DNA of 64,000 nucleotides from Macrostomum lignano (GCA_002269645.1 NIVC01000728.1:186001-250000); one strand, 5' to 3'. Counted from the first letter of the stretch, positions 39,095 to 50,905 are shown. Numbers and translations: made by a program. Notes: a model not told the origin generated them from the sequence alone.

Positions 39095-40335
39095 TGGGGA
39101 TTGTGAAGCCTGGGGATTGTAAAGCTTGGGGTTGGGGATTGTGAAGCTTGAGGATTGTGAAGCTTAAGGATTGTGAAAGTTAGGGATTGTGAAGCTTGGG
39201 GATTGTGAAAGTTAGGGATTGTGAAGCTTGGGGATTGTGAAGCTTGTGGATTGTGAAGCTTGGGGTTGGAGATTGTGAAGCTTGGGGATTGTGAAGCTTG
39301 GGGTTGGGGATTGTAAAGCTTGGGGATTGTGAAAGTTAGGGATTGTGAAGCTTGGGGATTGTGAAGCTTGTGGATTGTGAAGCTTGGGGTTGGAGATTGT
39401 GAAGCTTGGGGATTGTGAAGCTTGGGGTTGGGGATTGTAAGGCTTGGGGATTGTGAAAGTTAGGGATTGTGAAGCTTGGGGATTGTGAAGCTTGGGGATT
39501 GTGAAGCTTGGGGATTGTGAAGCTTAAGGATTGTGAAGCATGGGGATTGTGAAGCTTGGGGATTGTGAAGCTTGGGGATTGTGAAGCTTGGGGATTGTGA
39601 AGCTGGGAGATTGTGAAGCTGGAAGATTGTGAAGCTGGGAGATTGTGAAGCTTAAGGATTGTGAAGCTTAAGGATTGTGAAGCTTTAGGATTGTGAAGCT
39701 TGGGGATTGTGAAGCTTAAGGATTGTGAAGCTTAAGGATTGTGAAGCTTAAAGATTGTGAAGCTGGAAGATTGTGAAGCTGGGAGATTGTGAAGCTTAAG
39801 GATTGTGAAGCTTAAGGATTGTGAAGCTTTAGGATTGTGAAGCTTGGGGATTGTGAAGCTTAAGGATTGTGAAGCTTAAGGATTGTGAAGCTTAAAGATT
39901 GTGAAGCTTAAAGATTGTGAAGCTTGGGGATTGTGAAGCTTGAGGATTGTGAAGCTTAAGGATTGTGAAGCTTGGGGATTGTGAAGCTTAAGGATTGTGA
40001 AGCTTGGAGATTGTGAAGCTGGGAGATTGTGAAGCTTGGGGATTGTGAAGCTTGGGGTATTGTGAAGCTTGGGGATTGTGAAGCTTAGGGTTGGGGATTG
40101 TGAAGCTGGGAGATTGTGAAGCTTGGGAATTGTGAAGCTTGGTGATTGTGAAGCTTGGGGATTGTGAAGCTTGGGGTATTGTGAAGCTTGGGGATTGTGA
40201 AGCTTGGGGTTGGGGATTGTGAAGCTTGGGGATTGTGAAGCTTAAGGATCGTGAAGCTTAAGGATTGTGAAGCTTAAGGATTTTGAAGCTTAAGGATTGT
40301 GAAGCTTAAGGATTGTGAAGCTTAAGGATTGTGAA
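39095..40335. repeat. 16-bp satellite, right block (GATTGTGAAGCTTGGG)
   Basis: Same unit and orientation as 37070-38340. Confidence 0.95.
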
Positions 40336-40344
40336 GCAACGGAA

Positions 40345-40505
40345 AGGGAACAGAGGAATGAGAAGAGGAAGGATGAGATGAGAGATAAGAAAAGAGAGAG
40401 CTGAGAAGAGACAAACCTTGAGGGGGCCGTATTGCTATTGTGAAGTTTCTAAGGACTTAAAAACCGGATAGAGAAGCTTCGTAGACCGGAGTTTACCAAT
40501 CCCAG
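40345..40505. mobile_element. Partial GA-rich hAT MITE (right end)
   Basis: GAGAGCTGAGAAGAGACAAACCTTGAG..TATTGCTATTGTGAAG..CCGGATAGAGA..CCGGAGTTT. Confidence 0.6.
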
Positions 40506-41110
40506 CATTAAACATCTTGCGATAGAAAATCTTTTCAAAGCACACTTGCTTTGTGACCAAATAGTGACTGGCTAGATTACCAGTGTCTGTAAAAGTTTCA
40601 TCTAAGGCCAGCGTTGGAGGCCCGTAGTATTTATAAACATTCCGAAATTAATCAACTTTCATCACTGCGCCCGGCTCTTCTGTCAGTCTGTCTGTCCGTC
40701 TCAAAAGAGACGCAATTAACTCGGCTCACGTAGGCAATGCAGATAGCAAAAATTGCTTGAAACAGTACGTCTACTAGAAGAAGAAGACACTTCAAAGACT
40801 CTGCAGGGTTCTTATAGTGTTTATTGGCCAACCAATATTGCTGTGGTTATTGTTTTAAGCAAGCCTGTTCTCTAGTAAAGGCCGCGAGACAACATTTCTT
40901 TTTTATGACATCAACTGACAAACACTGAAAGTAAATTGCGAACCATTTTTTCGTGGGAATTAATAAATAATGTTAAAAAATATGATTCACTGAAACAGGA
41001 AAGAGGAGATGCTTTGACAGCTTTCAGAATGCATAGAAAAACAAATACAATGCACAATTACAAAAGCAGAGATCAGCTTTAAGCAGGGAAACTTTTGTCA
41101 GTGAAGCTGA

Positions 41111-41451
41111 TTTTTTAGAGGCAAGGGGGTTGTGTGCACCCTGACGCACTTTAAGCGACGTTGTCACACAACCGGCGAGAGGCATTACTGCCCCATTCCG
41201 CCGACTCCCCTGAGCAGTCACACGCACAGGCACACACTCACACAGGAGTGTACAGCGGCCCTCACTTTATTTATCGTTAGGCATGTACACTTTACTGTGC
41301 CTTTGGGGTTGGCCATCAAGGCCGTTAATTGCACGAGCAGAGCCAAGCCGAGATTCCAATTAAGCCCCAAATTAATGCGACTGCACTTGGAATCGAGCCT
41401 GGGCCGCCAGCACAACAGAGCGCCGCGCTAGACCTCTGGACTACGGTCCCC
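41111..41451 (-). mobile_element. SINE family A copy
   Basis: Homologous to 2395-2755 over head, centre and tail. Confidence 0.85.
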
Positions 41452-41625
41452 TTCATTGAAAGTTAATCAGCTTGATCAGGTAAAACCGATCAATTGGAAA
41501 GTCCCCATTCGCTGCGCCAATGAAGTTCTGTAGCCAGAATACTTGATTGTCTTTTAACCAGAGAGAAAGAGAGCAGAGCCGGTCTGTGAAAGACTGCAGC
41601 TTCTTGTATTTGCGAGTTTTCGGAT

Positions 41626-41870
41626 TGATTGGCTGTATTGCCTATGGCCGAGTGCAGCTCTGTGGCAGTGGCTTTGATTGGCTGTATTGTCTATGGCCGA
41701 GTGCAGCTCTGTGGCAGTGGCTTTGATTGGCTGTATTGTCTATGGCCGAGTGCAGCTCTGTGGCAGTGGCTTTGATTGGCTGTATTGTCTATGGCCGAGT
41801 GCAGCTCTGTGGCAGTGGCTTTGATTGGCTGTATTGTCTATGGCCGAGTGCAGCTCTGTGGCAGTGGTTG
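41626..41870. repeat. 49-bp tandem repeat (5 copies) containing GATTGGCTG
   Basis: Seen directly. Confidence 0.92.
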
Positions 41871-42309
41871 CTTCAGCGAATGGGGACTCTCCGCTTGAGC
41901 AGCTTCGTTATCAACTTCACTGAAAGAAACTATAGTAGCTAGAGCAACCAGAAGCTAACAAAAAATATGAAAATTAACCAGCGAGTAGAATTTAGGCAAT
42001 GATTAAGCAGTCACTTAGGGCATGAAATTTAAACTAATTGAATAATACAACAAAACAAAATTCGTTCATTGACAACAGAAATGGAAAATAATGAAGTATT
42101 AATTTACACTGCAAAGCGTCGTTGACAATCAATGGAATTTTATCAAATTAGTACAAATTCTTATCATACTACTACTGAAGTAGTAAAGCAGTAGTATCAA
42201 GTAGTTTTAGCAATTGGAAATATAACGAAGAAAAACACATTAATGTTTCGTGGATATGGTGGCGATGTTTACTGGTCACAGTATAGTGTTGTTCATGCGC
42301 TCTTATCAC

Positions 42310-42610
42310 CCCCAGCAACAATAGCGAGCCCCTAACAACCAATAGCCAGACCCTAGCAACAGTAGTCAGGCCCTAGCAGCAGTAGCCAGACCCTAGCAAC
42401 CATTAGCCAGACCCTAGCAACCAATAGCCAGTCCCTAGCAACAACAGCCAGGCCCTAGCAACAATAGCCAGTCCCTAGCAACCAATAGCCAGTTCCTCGC
42501 AACAATAGCCTGTCCCTAGCAACAGTAGCCAGTCCCTAGCAACAGTAGCCAGTCCCTAGCAACAGTAGCCAGGCCCTAGCAACAGTAGCCAGCCCCCAGC
42601 AACAATAGTA
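42310..42610. repeat. ~20-bp minisatellite (CCCTAGCAACAGTAGCCAGT)
   Basis: Seen directly, immediately 3' of the rhomboid stop codon. Confidence 0.88.
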
Positions 42611-42618
42611 GTCCTCAG

Positions 42619-44471
42619 CTAGCCAGCATGCCGAGTCCCCCCTCCGCAGGCCAGTCCGCCAGCAGCCGAATACCATCCGGTGTTGAAGACATTCCACAGA
42701 ATCGCAAATGCGGCCAAGCCGGCAAAACCTGCTAGACTGACTCTCAGCAGGCAGCGCTGGCACCAGCGTCTCCGCTGTCTGCCGCCATTTTCAGCGCTGT
42801 CCTCGTCACCTTCGCCGTCGTCATCCAGGTCGAAGCTGAGCAGCTGGGTGCCGACCAGACAGCCCCAGGCCAGGCCGGCAGGCTGAGCACAGTAGGAGCT
42901 CAGACTCAGCCAATGCTTGTCCCCAGCCAGTATGGCAAACCGGCGCCAGTGCCGCTGGTAAATCGCAACGGCAAAATCGGCGTAAGTGAAGCCGACCAGC
43001 AGAGCCAGGCGCAGCATTGAGGAGGCCAACAATTGGCGAAGTTTTCCTCCGCCAGTTTTCAAGTTGCCGCCTCCTGATTCTGTTGTTGGCGCCGTGATTT
43101 GGTGCCACTCGGCGCTTAACTGGCCCCAGTTGGCCAGCGCCAGGCCGATGTGCGCCCCAACTAGCGCGTAGGTGGCGCCGGCGGCGCCAATCAGAACGGC
43201 GCTTGGCTCGGCGACGGAGGAGAGCAGAGAGCCGAGCAGGACGCCGCCTAACATGACGGCGCCTACGCGAAGGCCGCCGTGGGCCAGCTGCAGAGGCAGG
43301 CCCAGCAGCAGCAGCATCAGCGAGTTGAACACCAGATGGTGCCAGCCGTCGTGCAGTAGAGAGTAGGTTGCGAACCGCCACACCTGGGTGTTGATCGAAT
43401 GCATTTGTAGCCGCTACCCCCTCTGAATACCCTTCAGTGAATTCCGCTACCCCTCTGAATACCCTTCAGTAAATGCCGCCACCCTCAGAGGGTCTTTAAC
43501 CTCCGTAATCGTCAGCAGCTCCTCACCTCGTGCCGCCGGGCTGGGCAGAAGGCCAGCGGGCTGCTGTAGGGCAGGCCGGACGCCCAGCCGACCCGGTTCC
43601 AGGCGGGCCCGGCGTTGAGCTGCACCGCGCTGACGCAGAAGCCGATCCAAACAGCCAGCAGAGCCAGCGGGATGAACACGGGCGGCGGGTGGCATCTGTA
43701 CAGCTCGATGTACGCCTCTTCGGGCACCTCGCCGGGTTCATCGTCGTCATCGAAGTCTCGCTCGTCAGCAACCAGAACTGACCCGCCGCCGCCGCCGCCA
43801 CCGCCGTTTCCCCGCTGTTGCTGTCGTTGTCGTCGACGTCGTCGAACTACTCGACGTTGTCGGAGGCGCCGTTCCGCCGCGGCGACCCCGGGATCGGCCG
43901 CGCGGACCAGCCGGTTCACCAGCCGCTTGGCCGGCGCCACCTCCGACCGCATCCGGTAGGTCATGCCGGCGTAGAAATCCGGCCAGCTGGTCCGGCCGCT
44001 CCTGTCCGTGTCCGCCCGCCGAAGCAGCCGAATCAGCTTGCGGCGTCGGCCGCCGGCGGCGCCGACCCGATTGAACAGGTCGAGGAACAGCCGGTTTGGC
44101 ATGCCGCCAGCCTCCGAGTAGGGCTGGAACTGCCTGCGGTAGCGCCGAGTCAGCCACTGACGGTAAGCCAGCTCGCTGCTCTGTGCTGGCTGAGGTGCTG
44201 GAAGCGACTGGGGAGGCGGCGGCGGCAAGGGCAAGGCGGCGCAGAGGCCGCCTCCTGGCGGCTGCGGCTTCCACAGCAGGCGTCGGCAGTCGAGCAGGAC
44301 GGGTGTACCCGACGAAGATGCCGTCGGCGCCGCATCGCCGACGGTTGAGCTCCAGTTTGAGCAGCCGGGAAACGAGAATGTCAAGGGCTGCTCAATGGCG
44401 CTGTCGAGCATAGCGCCGCTGTTGTCCGGGTCTGGCGGCTGCTGCTGATCGGCAGGCAGAGAATGCGCCAT
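42619..44471 (-). CDS. RHBDL3-like: RHBDL1/3 (ventrhoid)-type rhomboid with EF-hand, predicted inactive pseudoprotease, 2 exons
   Basis: Exons 44471-43527 and 43383-42619 (phase 0). EF-hand-like ADTDRSGRTSWPDF, YRCHPPPVFI, EVWRFATYSLLHDGWHHLVFN. TM4 reads LIGAAGATYAL and TM6 reads SYCAQPAGLAWG. Confidence 0.92.
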
Positions 44472-45240
44472 GGTGACTGCTGCTGCTCCGGTGTTGTGAG
44501 ATCTGCTCAGTCTGCTGCCGCTGTAGTTCGGTTCTCCCCAGTTTTTACAGTTTTTGCTCCCCCCACTGCTGTGGCTTTTGGGCTATGACGAGATCTGAGG
44601 GGATCGATATCCCCCTCCGCTACCCTCCGCTCTCCTCTCTTTACCCCGAGCGCTGATCTGGGATCGATATTCGCATTTCTTTTTCATTTCCTTTCCTATT
44701 TTCTTTCCTGAGAAGCAAGAAATGACTGCAGGACTCTTGCATTCTCTCTCTCTCTCTCTCTCTCTATGCTCGTCTGCTTCTTCTGCAGTGAGCCTTTAAG
44801 TAAATTGCCCCCAGCTACCAGCATGTGTTCTGTTTGCATTGTAGCTTTCGAGACAGCTCGTACGCCTGAATATGCATGTATATATAATTAATAAGCAGAT
44901 CCTTCGTGCTCGTTTAAGCTACTTACTGGACAGTAGAATATAGGCAATTTTATAGATTTTTTAATAGAATAGAGACAAAAAATTGACTACTACGAGTATA
45001 ATAGAAAAAAATGTTTTATTTAAGAATCAATTCTGAAAAGTTCAGTGAATGCATTGAGTAAATTAAGTTTGTGACTTTTTATCCGTCTTCTCGACAAACT
45101 ATTGATATGATACTTGCAGTAGTTGAGGGGCGTAGACAGGAGTTATTGGGGGCGCCAGCACCAAGTGGCGCCAGCACCAAGTGGCACTATAATTTTTGTC
45201 AGCCTGTTAAGAGGGGCCACGGCAGTTCAGCTGATGACAG

Positions 45241-46812
45241 TCACAGCAGCAGCAGTAGCAGGACGCAGGCTGTCAGAACGGCCAGGGCAGCGAAGGAGGC
45301 GAAAATCCAGGTCGCTGTCTGATCTCCGCTGGTCTGGTTGCAGCGGGTCACATCCGGCTGTTTGGAAAGTGAAGATTTGTAGATTTACAGAGATAAAACT
45401 GAAATCTGTAACTTCTGCCGAAAGTAGTAAAATAGGAATCGTTGGTTTGAGGGAAAATAAATCAGAGAGCTGGTTTTCGAAGTTTTATTACTTTGAGAAT
45501 AGTCAGCTATTCTACTTATTAAGTAGCAATACAAGCCTATTAGGCCATTTTAGAGAATAAATTGGGTTGGGTTTTTTAGTTAGAGGCAGGGGCTGTGAGC
45601 ACCCTGGCGCACTTTAAGCGACATTGTCACACAACCGGCGAGAGGCATTGCTGCCAATTCCGCCGACTCCCCTGAGCAGGCACACAAGCGCGCGGATACG
45701 TACGCAGGCACACACTCACACAGGAGTGTACAGCGGCCCAAACTTTATTTATCATTAGGCATGTACACTTCACTGTGCCTTGGGGGTTGGCCCTCAAGGC
45801 TGTTAATTGCACGAGCAGAGCCAACAAGCCGAGATTCCAATTTAGCCCCAAATTAATGCGACTGCACTTGCAATCGAGCCTGGGCCGCCAGCACGTCAGA
45901 GCGCCGCGCCAGATCACTGCGGCTACGGCCCATTCAAAGTTAAGGTTTCCGCAAATTGATGCGATATCCGACCTGCGGCCAGTTATACTCATACCGCAGA
46001 CCTCCGAGCACACATTCACAGAGGGTGTACAGCAGCCCTGCACACTCTGCGCCTTCAAGGGGAGTGCCCCCCTGCCAAGCGTTCTTTGCAGCAATTCTGC
46101 CCCCCCCATTTCAAGGGTATGAAAAAGCTGTAATGATTTATAGTCCCACGAAAATAAACTCAAAACAATACTCAACGATAATCCATCCACCCTGTTCGGT
46201 AAGCCAGGTGCACAGACGCGTAGCAACGAACGCACCGAATGCGTCCACAATTTTTTGCGCATAGTCCAGGTGGCCTTGGCTGGCGCAGTCGGCGGCAAAG
46301 GCGCCCGCCATGGCGAACAGGGCGACAACTTTGCCCCAGTGGATGCTGTCGCGGCACAGCTGGTCGCAGAACATCACAAAAGTCCGTCTAGAGACTTCCT
46401 CGGAGTGCATGGCCAAGTTCAGCTGACGGTGCACATTATTGAACAGGTCCGGGTACATCGTCTCCAGCTCTTCGCCAACTAGGCGAAGCTCTTCGCCGAC
46501 TTCGCTGTACTCGGCTGGCGGGCCGAGGGCATCCAGCTGGCGCTGGGTGAGGGCGCCGCTCCGTCTGAGCCGATGATTGACGTATTCGAGGCACAGGGCC
46601 TTGCCTTCGGCCACCAGGTCATCTGGGTTGGGTCCGGCTTGCGAGGCTTGGGACGAGTCCTGTTGTTGCTGGGGGCCGCTGGCTCGGCCTGTGCTCGGCG
46701 AAGATGGACGGCGATGGTGGTGGTGGTGAAGGTAAGACGGTTGCGAGAAGCGGAGGCTGCGCTGACGTTGACTGATGGCGCTATGGACGCTGGAGATTCG
46801 CCGGTGAGGCAT
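45241..46812 (-). CDS. BOK: Bcl-2 family protein BOK, 2 exons
   Basis: MPHRRISSV, BH4 LVAEGKALCLEYV, BH3 LRLVGEELE, PDLFNNVHRQL, BH1 HWGKVVALF, BH2 WLTEQGGW. The last exon 45357-45241 encodes the hydrophobic tail WIFASFAALAVLTACVLLLLLL*. The exon 1 donor (~46178) is weak. Confidence 0.9.
45572..45931 (-). mobile_element. SINE family A copy in the BOK intron
   Basis: Homologous to 2395-2755 and 41111-41451. Confidence 0.87.
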
Positions 46813-46924
46813 TTTTTGGGTTCTCTGCGGTGTTTGGCTTTGGATTTGGATTTGGATTTGGATTTGGAGAATTCCGGTTCGGCTTTAATCACGGGACAGT
46901 TGGGATGGGGTAGATTGAGTTGTG

Positions 46925-47110
46925 GGTAGGTAGGTAGACGGGTAGGTAGGTAAACGGGTAGGTAGATTGACGGGTAGGTAGATAGACAGGTAGGTAGGCA
47001 GATGGGTAGGTAGGCAGATGGGTAGGTGGGTAGACGGGTAGGTAGGTAGACGTGTAGGTAGATAGACGGGTAGGTAGACGGGTAGGTATGCAGATGGGTA
47101 GGTAGCTACA
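46925..47110. repeat. (GGTA)n-derived degenerate microsatellite
   Basis: Seen directly. Confidence 0.85.
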
Positions 47111-47657
47111 AATTTAAGTAAGTATATAGGTAGGTAGACAGTTAAGTAGAAGATAGGTTAATAGTTATGTGGACAGATTCTGTAGAGTGGCAGATAGACG
47201 GGTAGTTAGACTAATATTTCTCATGTGAAGCTCTATAAAAACGCTCTATTTATATCAAGTCCAGGCGCAAAAACAGAGAGCTGGCGAGGTGGCACAGCGC
47301 TCCATTTCTTATCTAATCTGGGAGAGTTCTAGGGGAGCAGCAAAAAATGTAAATACAGAATAACGGTGGGACTCGACTCAAACTCAGGGCCCAATGCCGC
47401 GAAAAATAGGGTCTCAATCGGATAAAAAGGCATTAATCCTGGCTCATTAGTATCGAGTTTCCACTATGACATGTCTTCAACAAGTCCTTGTTCTGTAGGT
47501 TATGTTCTAAGCTTCATGAAAAATATGAATTCGAAGCTTATAAAGCCTTAAATACGTGTATGTTTTGTACGACCAATAATGATCGGCTTCGATAGTGCAT
47601 TTTTAATGGTTGCGCGAAACTCCGCCCTACTGCTGTCTATGATTGAAAAGCACTCAC

Positions 47658-48936
47658 CCCTATAGAACAGAGTTTTGAGTATGGAGGTCAAGCTCAGCTG
47701 CTGGCTCCATCTGCGCACTGAGCTGATGCACCAGTCCGTGTGGCTGCCGCTTCGCCACCTGTTCAGCATGGCTTTGTGCCTCTCGCTCTCCAGAATGATC
47801 TCCATGTAGGGTGGTAGGCGCGAGATCCGCCTGCTGGTGTCCGGGTTGTAGGCGCCGCGGCGCTGAACTGGCGCGCTGACTGGCGCGTGGCGCTGAGGCT
47901 GTTTTGATTGCGGCGGCATTTGACTGGTAATGAGGGGAGGGGGTGAATGCATGCGGCAACCCTTTTGACCAAGCTATCAGATCTACTTATCAATAATAAT
48001 AATTGATTACACCTGCCCCAATGGCCAGATGTGCAACCGACAGCTCAGCCGCAGCTATTGCGCGGCGCATCTGAAGGCTGCGTGAGGCTGTTCAGTCCAA
48101 GGACTGGGGGGTCGCCACACACCCTCAATTACCCCAGCTAATGCTGGCACCCATTTTACAGCTGGGTGAACTGAAGCAATGCAGAGTTAAGTGTCTTGCT
48201 CAAGGACACAGATTGTTCTAAGTGGGCCGAGAATCGAACCCCCGACCTTCAAGTCGTGAGTCCGACGCTCTGATCAGTAGACTACAAACCCTCTCATCGT
48301 ATTTGAACCTCTTTGATAGATCAAACCATCAGCTTTGTTGATCAAGCTATCAGCTCTGTTGATCAAGCTATCAGTTCTGTTGATCAAGCTATCAGCTTTG
48401 TTGATCAAGCTATCAGCTCTGTTGATCAAGCTATCAGCTCAGTTGATCAAACCATCAGCTTTGTTGATCAAGCTATCAGCTCTGTTGATCAAACCATCAG
48501 CTTTGTTGATCAAGCTATCAGCTCTGTTGATCAAGCTATCAGCTCTGTTGATCAAGCTATCAATTCTATTGATCAAGCTATCAAGCCTGATGCCTGTTTA
48601 CCTCAAGTCTTAATTCAGCCCAATGGACCTAAACCTTTTCGAATAAGCGCACTATGCTACTGATCTCAGTAGGCATTCCCATTTAAAATACTAAATGCAG
48701 CAAGTTTATTGTTTTTTGCTATCCTGTTTCCCAAGCGACGCAAAAAAGTAATTTGGAAACCGCAACAAAGGAGAGGAAAGGAAAGAGTGCAGTGGCCTCC
48801 GCACTTCCTTCTTATGGCTATAAGTCAGGATAAGAAATGGGAAGGTGGAAGCTTGGAGACAGTATTAGAGCTAAAGGTGTGCGACACTGACTTACGGGGG
48901 GGGGGCAACTTCGCAGCAGCCGGCAGCTGATGCCAT
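47658..48936 (-). CDS. Unknown spliced ORF (>=102 aa) upstream of BOK
   Basis: Exon 48936-48896 (ATG..|GTAAGT, phase 2) joins exon 47923-47658 (CCAG|..|GTGAGT) in frame: MASAAGCCEVAPPPQMPPQSKQP...RRISRLPPYMEIILESERHKAMLNRW...LFYR. Confidence 0.55.
47991..48290 (-). mobile_element. tRNA-derived CORE-SINE (family B)
   Basis: tRNA head, then GTGTCCTTGAGCAAGACACTTAACTCTGCATTGCTTCAGTTCACCCAGCTGTAAAATGGG, matching the CORE domain pattern as recalled. (ATT)n tail. Confidence 0.85.
48310..48585. repeat. 21-bp minisatellite (TGTTGATCAAGCTATCAGCTC)
   Basis: Seen directly. Confidence 0.93.
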
Positions 48937-49080
48937 TTCATCTGCTATCCATGCTGCTATGGGTAACGTTCTAATAAATAAAGCCACTGCACACGACTGC
49001 TTTTCTTCTAAGGCGAAGAAAGGAAAAGATGAAAGCTAAAATGCCATTGAAAAAGTTTATCTCAGAAGTATTGAAGGGGA

Positions 49081-49240
49081 GGGGCAGAGCGACTCAGTGG
49101 TGAACGCGTCGGACTCTTGCGCGCCACAACGGCACCTGGTTCGATTCACACTCATAAGGGCCAACCCCCAAGGTACAGAGAGTGTACATGCCTGATGATT
49201 AGAAAGTCAGGGCTGCTGTACACCCTGTGTGAGCGTGTAG
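49081..49240 (+). mobile_element. SINE A2, 5' part with tRNA head, 3'-truncated
   Basis: GACTCAGTGG (A box-like), GGTTCGATTC (B box), then the family A central hairpin. Confidence 0.7.
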
Positions 49241-50360
49241 GAAACTAACCGGACCAGAAACTAACAGGACCAGAAACTAACAGGACCGGAAACTAACAGG
49301 ACCGGAAACTAACAGGACCGGAAACTAACAGGACCGGAAACTAACAGGACCGGAAACAAACCGGACCGGAAACTAACAGGACCGGAAACTAACAGGACCG
49401 GAAACAAACCGGACCGGAAACTAACAGGACCGGAAACTTAATGGACCGGAAACAAACCGGACCGGAAACTAACAGGACCGGAAACTTAATGGACCGGAAA
49501 CTAACCGGACCGGAAACTAACCGGACCGGAAACTTACAGGACCAGAAACTAACAGGACCGGAAACTAACAGGACCAGAAACTAACAGGACCGGAAACTAA
49601 CAGGACCGGAAACAAACCGGACCGGAAACTAACAGGACCGGAAACTTAATGGACCGGAAACAAACCGGACCGGAAACTAACAGGACCGGAAACTTAATGG
49701 ACCGGAAACTAACCGGACCGGAAACTAACCGGACCGGAAACTAACCGGACCGGAAACTTACAGGACCAGAAACTAACAGGACCGGAAACTAACAGGACCA
49801 GAAACTAACAGGACCGGAAACTAACAGGACCGGAAACTAACAGGACCGGAAACTAACAGGACCGGAAACTAACAGGACCAGAAACTAACAGGACCAGAAA
49901 CTAACAGGACCGGAAACTAACAGGACCGGAAACTAACAGGACCAGAAACTAACAGGACCGGAAACTAACAGGACCAGAAACTAACAGGACCGGAAACTAA
50001 CAGGACCAGAAACTAACAGGACCAGAAACTAACAGGACCAGAAACTAACAGGACCGGAAACAAACCGGACCGGAAACTAACAGGACCGGAAACTTAATGG
50101 ACCGGAAACAAATCGGACCGGAAACTAACAGGACCGGAAACTTAATGGACCGGAAACTAACCGGACCGGAAACTAACAGGACCGGAAACTTAATGGACCC
50201 GAAACAAACCGGACCGGAAACTAACAGGACCGGAAACTTAATGGACCGGAAACTAACAGGACCAGAATCTAACCGGACCGGAAACTTAATGGACCGAAAC
50301 AAACGGACCGGAAACTAACAGGACCGGAAACTTAATAGACCGGAAACAAACCGGACCTGA
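49240..50360. repeat. 16-bp minisatellite (GGACCGGAAACTAACA)
   Basis: Seen directly. Confidence 0.95.
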
Positions 50361-50811
50361 ACCCGGCGATTTTAAACGCCTTTTTCTTACCAGTACGAGC
50401 TACACAATTCTAAGCAGTGTAAAACTCCCTAAAGGCTGTATAAACGATTAATTCATTACTTACCGATATGTTAATGCGTGTGCCTTCAGCTAATGGCTAA
50501 ATTTTCGTTTTGAGCTTCTGTCAAGCGACTGAATTTTGATATATTTTATAGCATACATGTACAGACATTCTATCACCGAGCTGTCAAAAAAGAAAATTTT
50601 CTACCCAGCAGATAGCCAGCGCGCAGTCAGTGACAGCCGGTAAAAATCACATGCCCCCCCTCCCAGCTTAGCTGTCAGCACTGCACCAGGCTGTGCCCGC
50701 CTCTGAAGCATTCATCTAGGGCCTCGTCCCGGCAGAACCCCCTGCCTGTTCCATTCCATACTGTATGCATACGCACGGGTTTCCTGTTGCTTCGAACTGC
50801 TCATGGACAAT

Positions 50812-50817
<6 letters not shown>

Positions 50818-50905
<88 letters not shown>
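50818..50905. repeat. (GA)n microsatellite
   Basis: Seen directly. Confidence 0.98.

Noticed and set aside
48200-48290. tRNA genes (also ~10930-11018, 21444-21520 and 49081-49150)
   Set aside because: They have A/B boxes but no complete cloverleaf, and they are attached to SINE bodies, tails and TSDs.
49191-49210. Hammerhead-like CTGATGA...GAAA in the SINE A2 hairpin
   Set aside because: Only 3 nt separate the motifs (no stem II), there is no stem I/III or NUH site, and family A copies lack CTGA.
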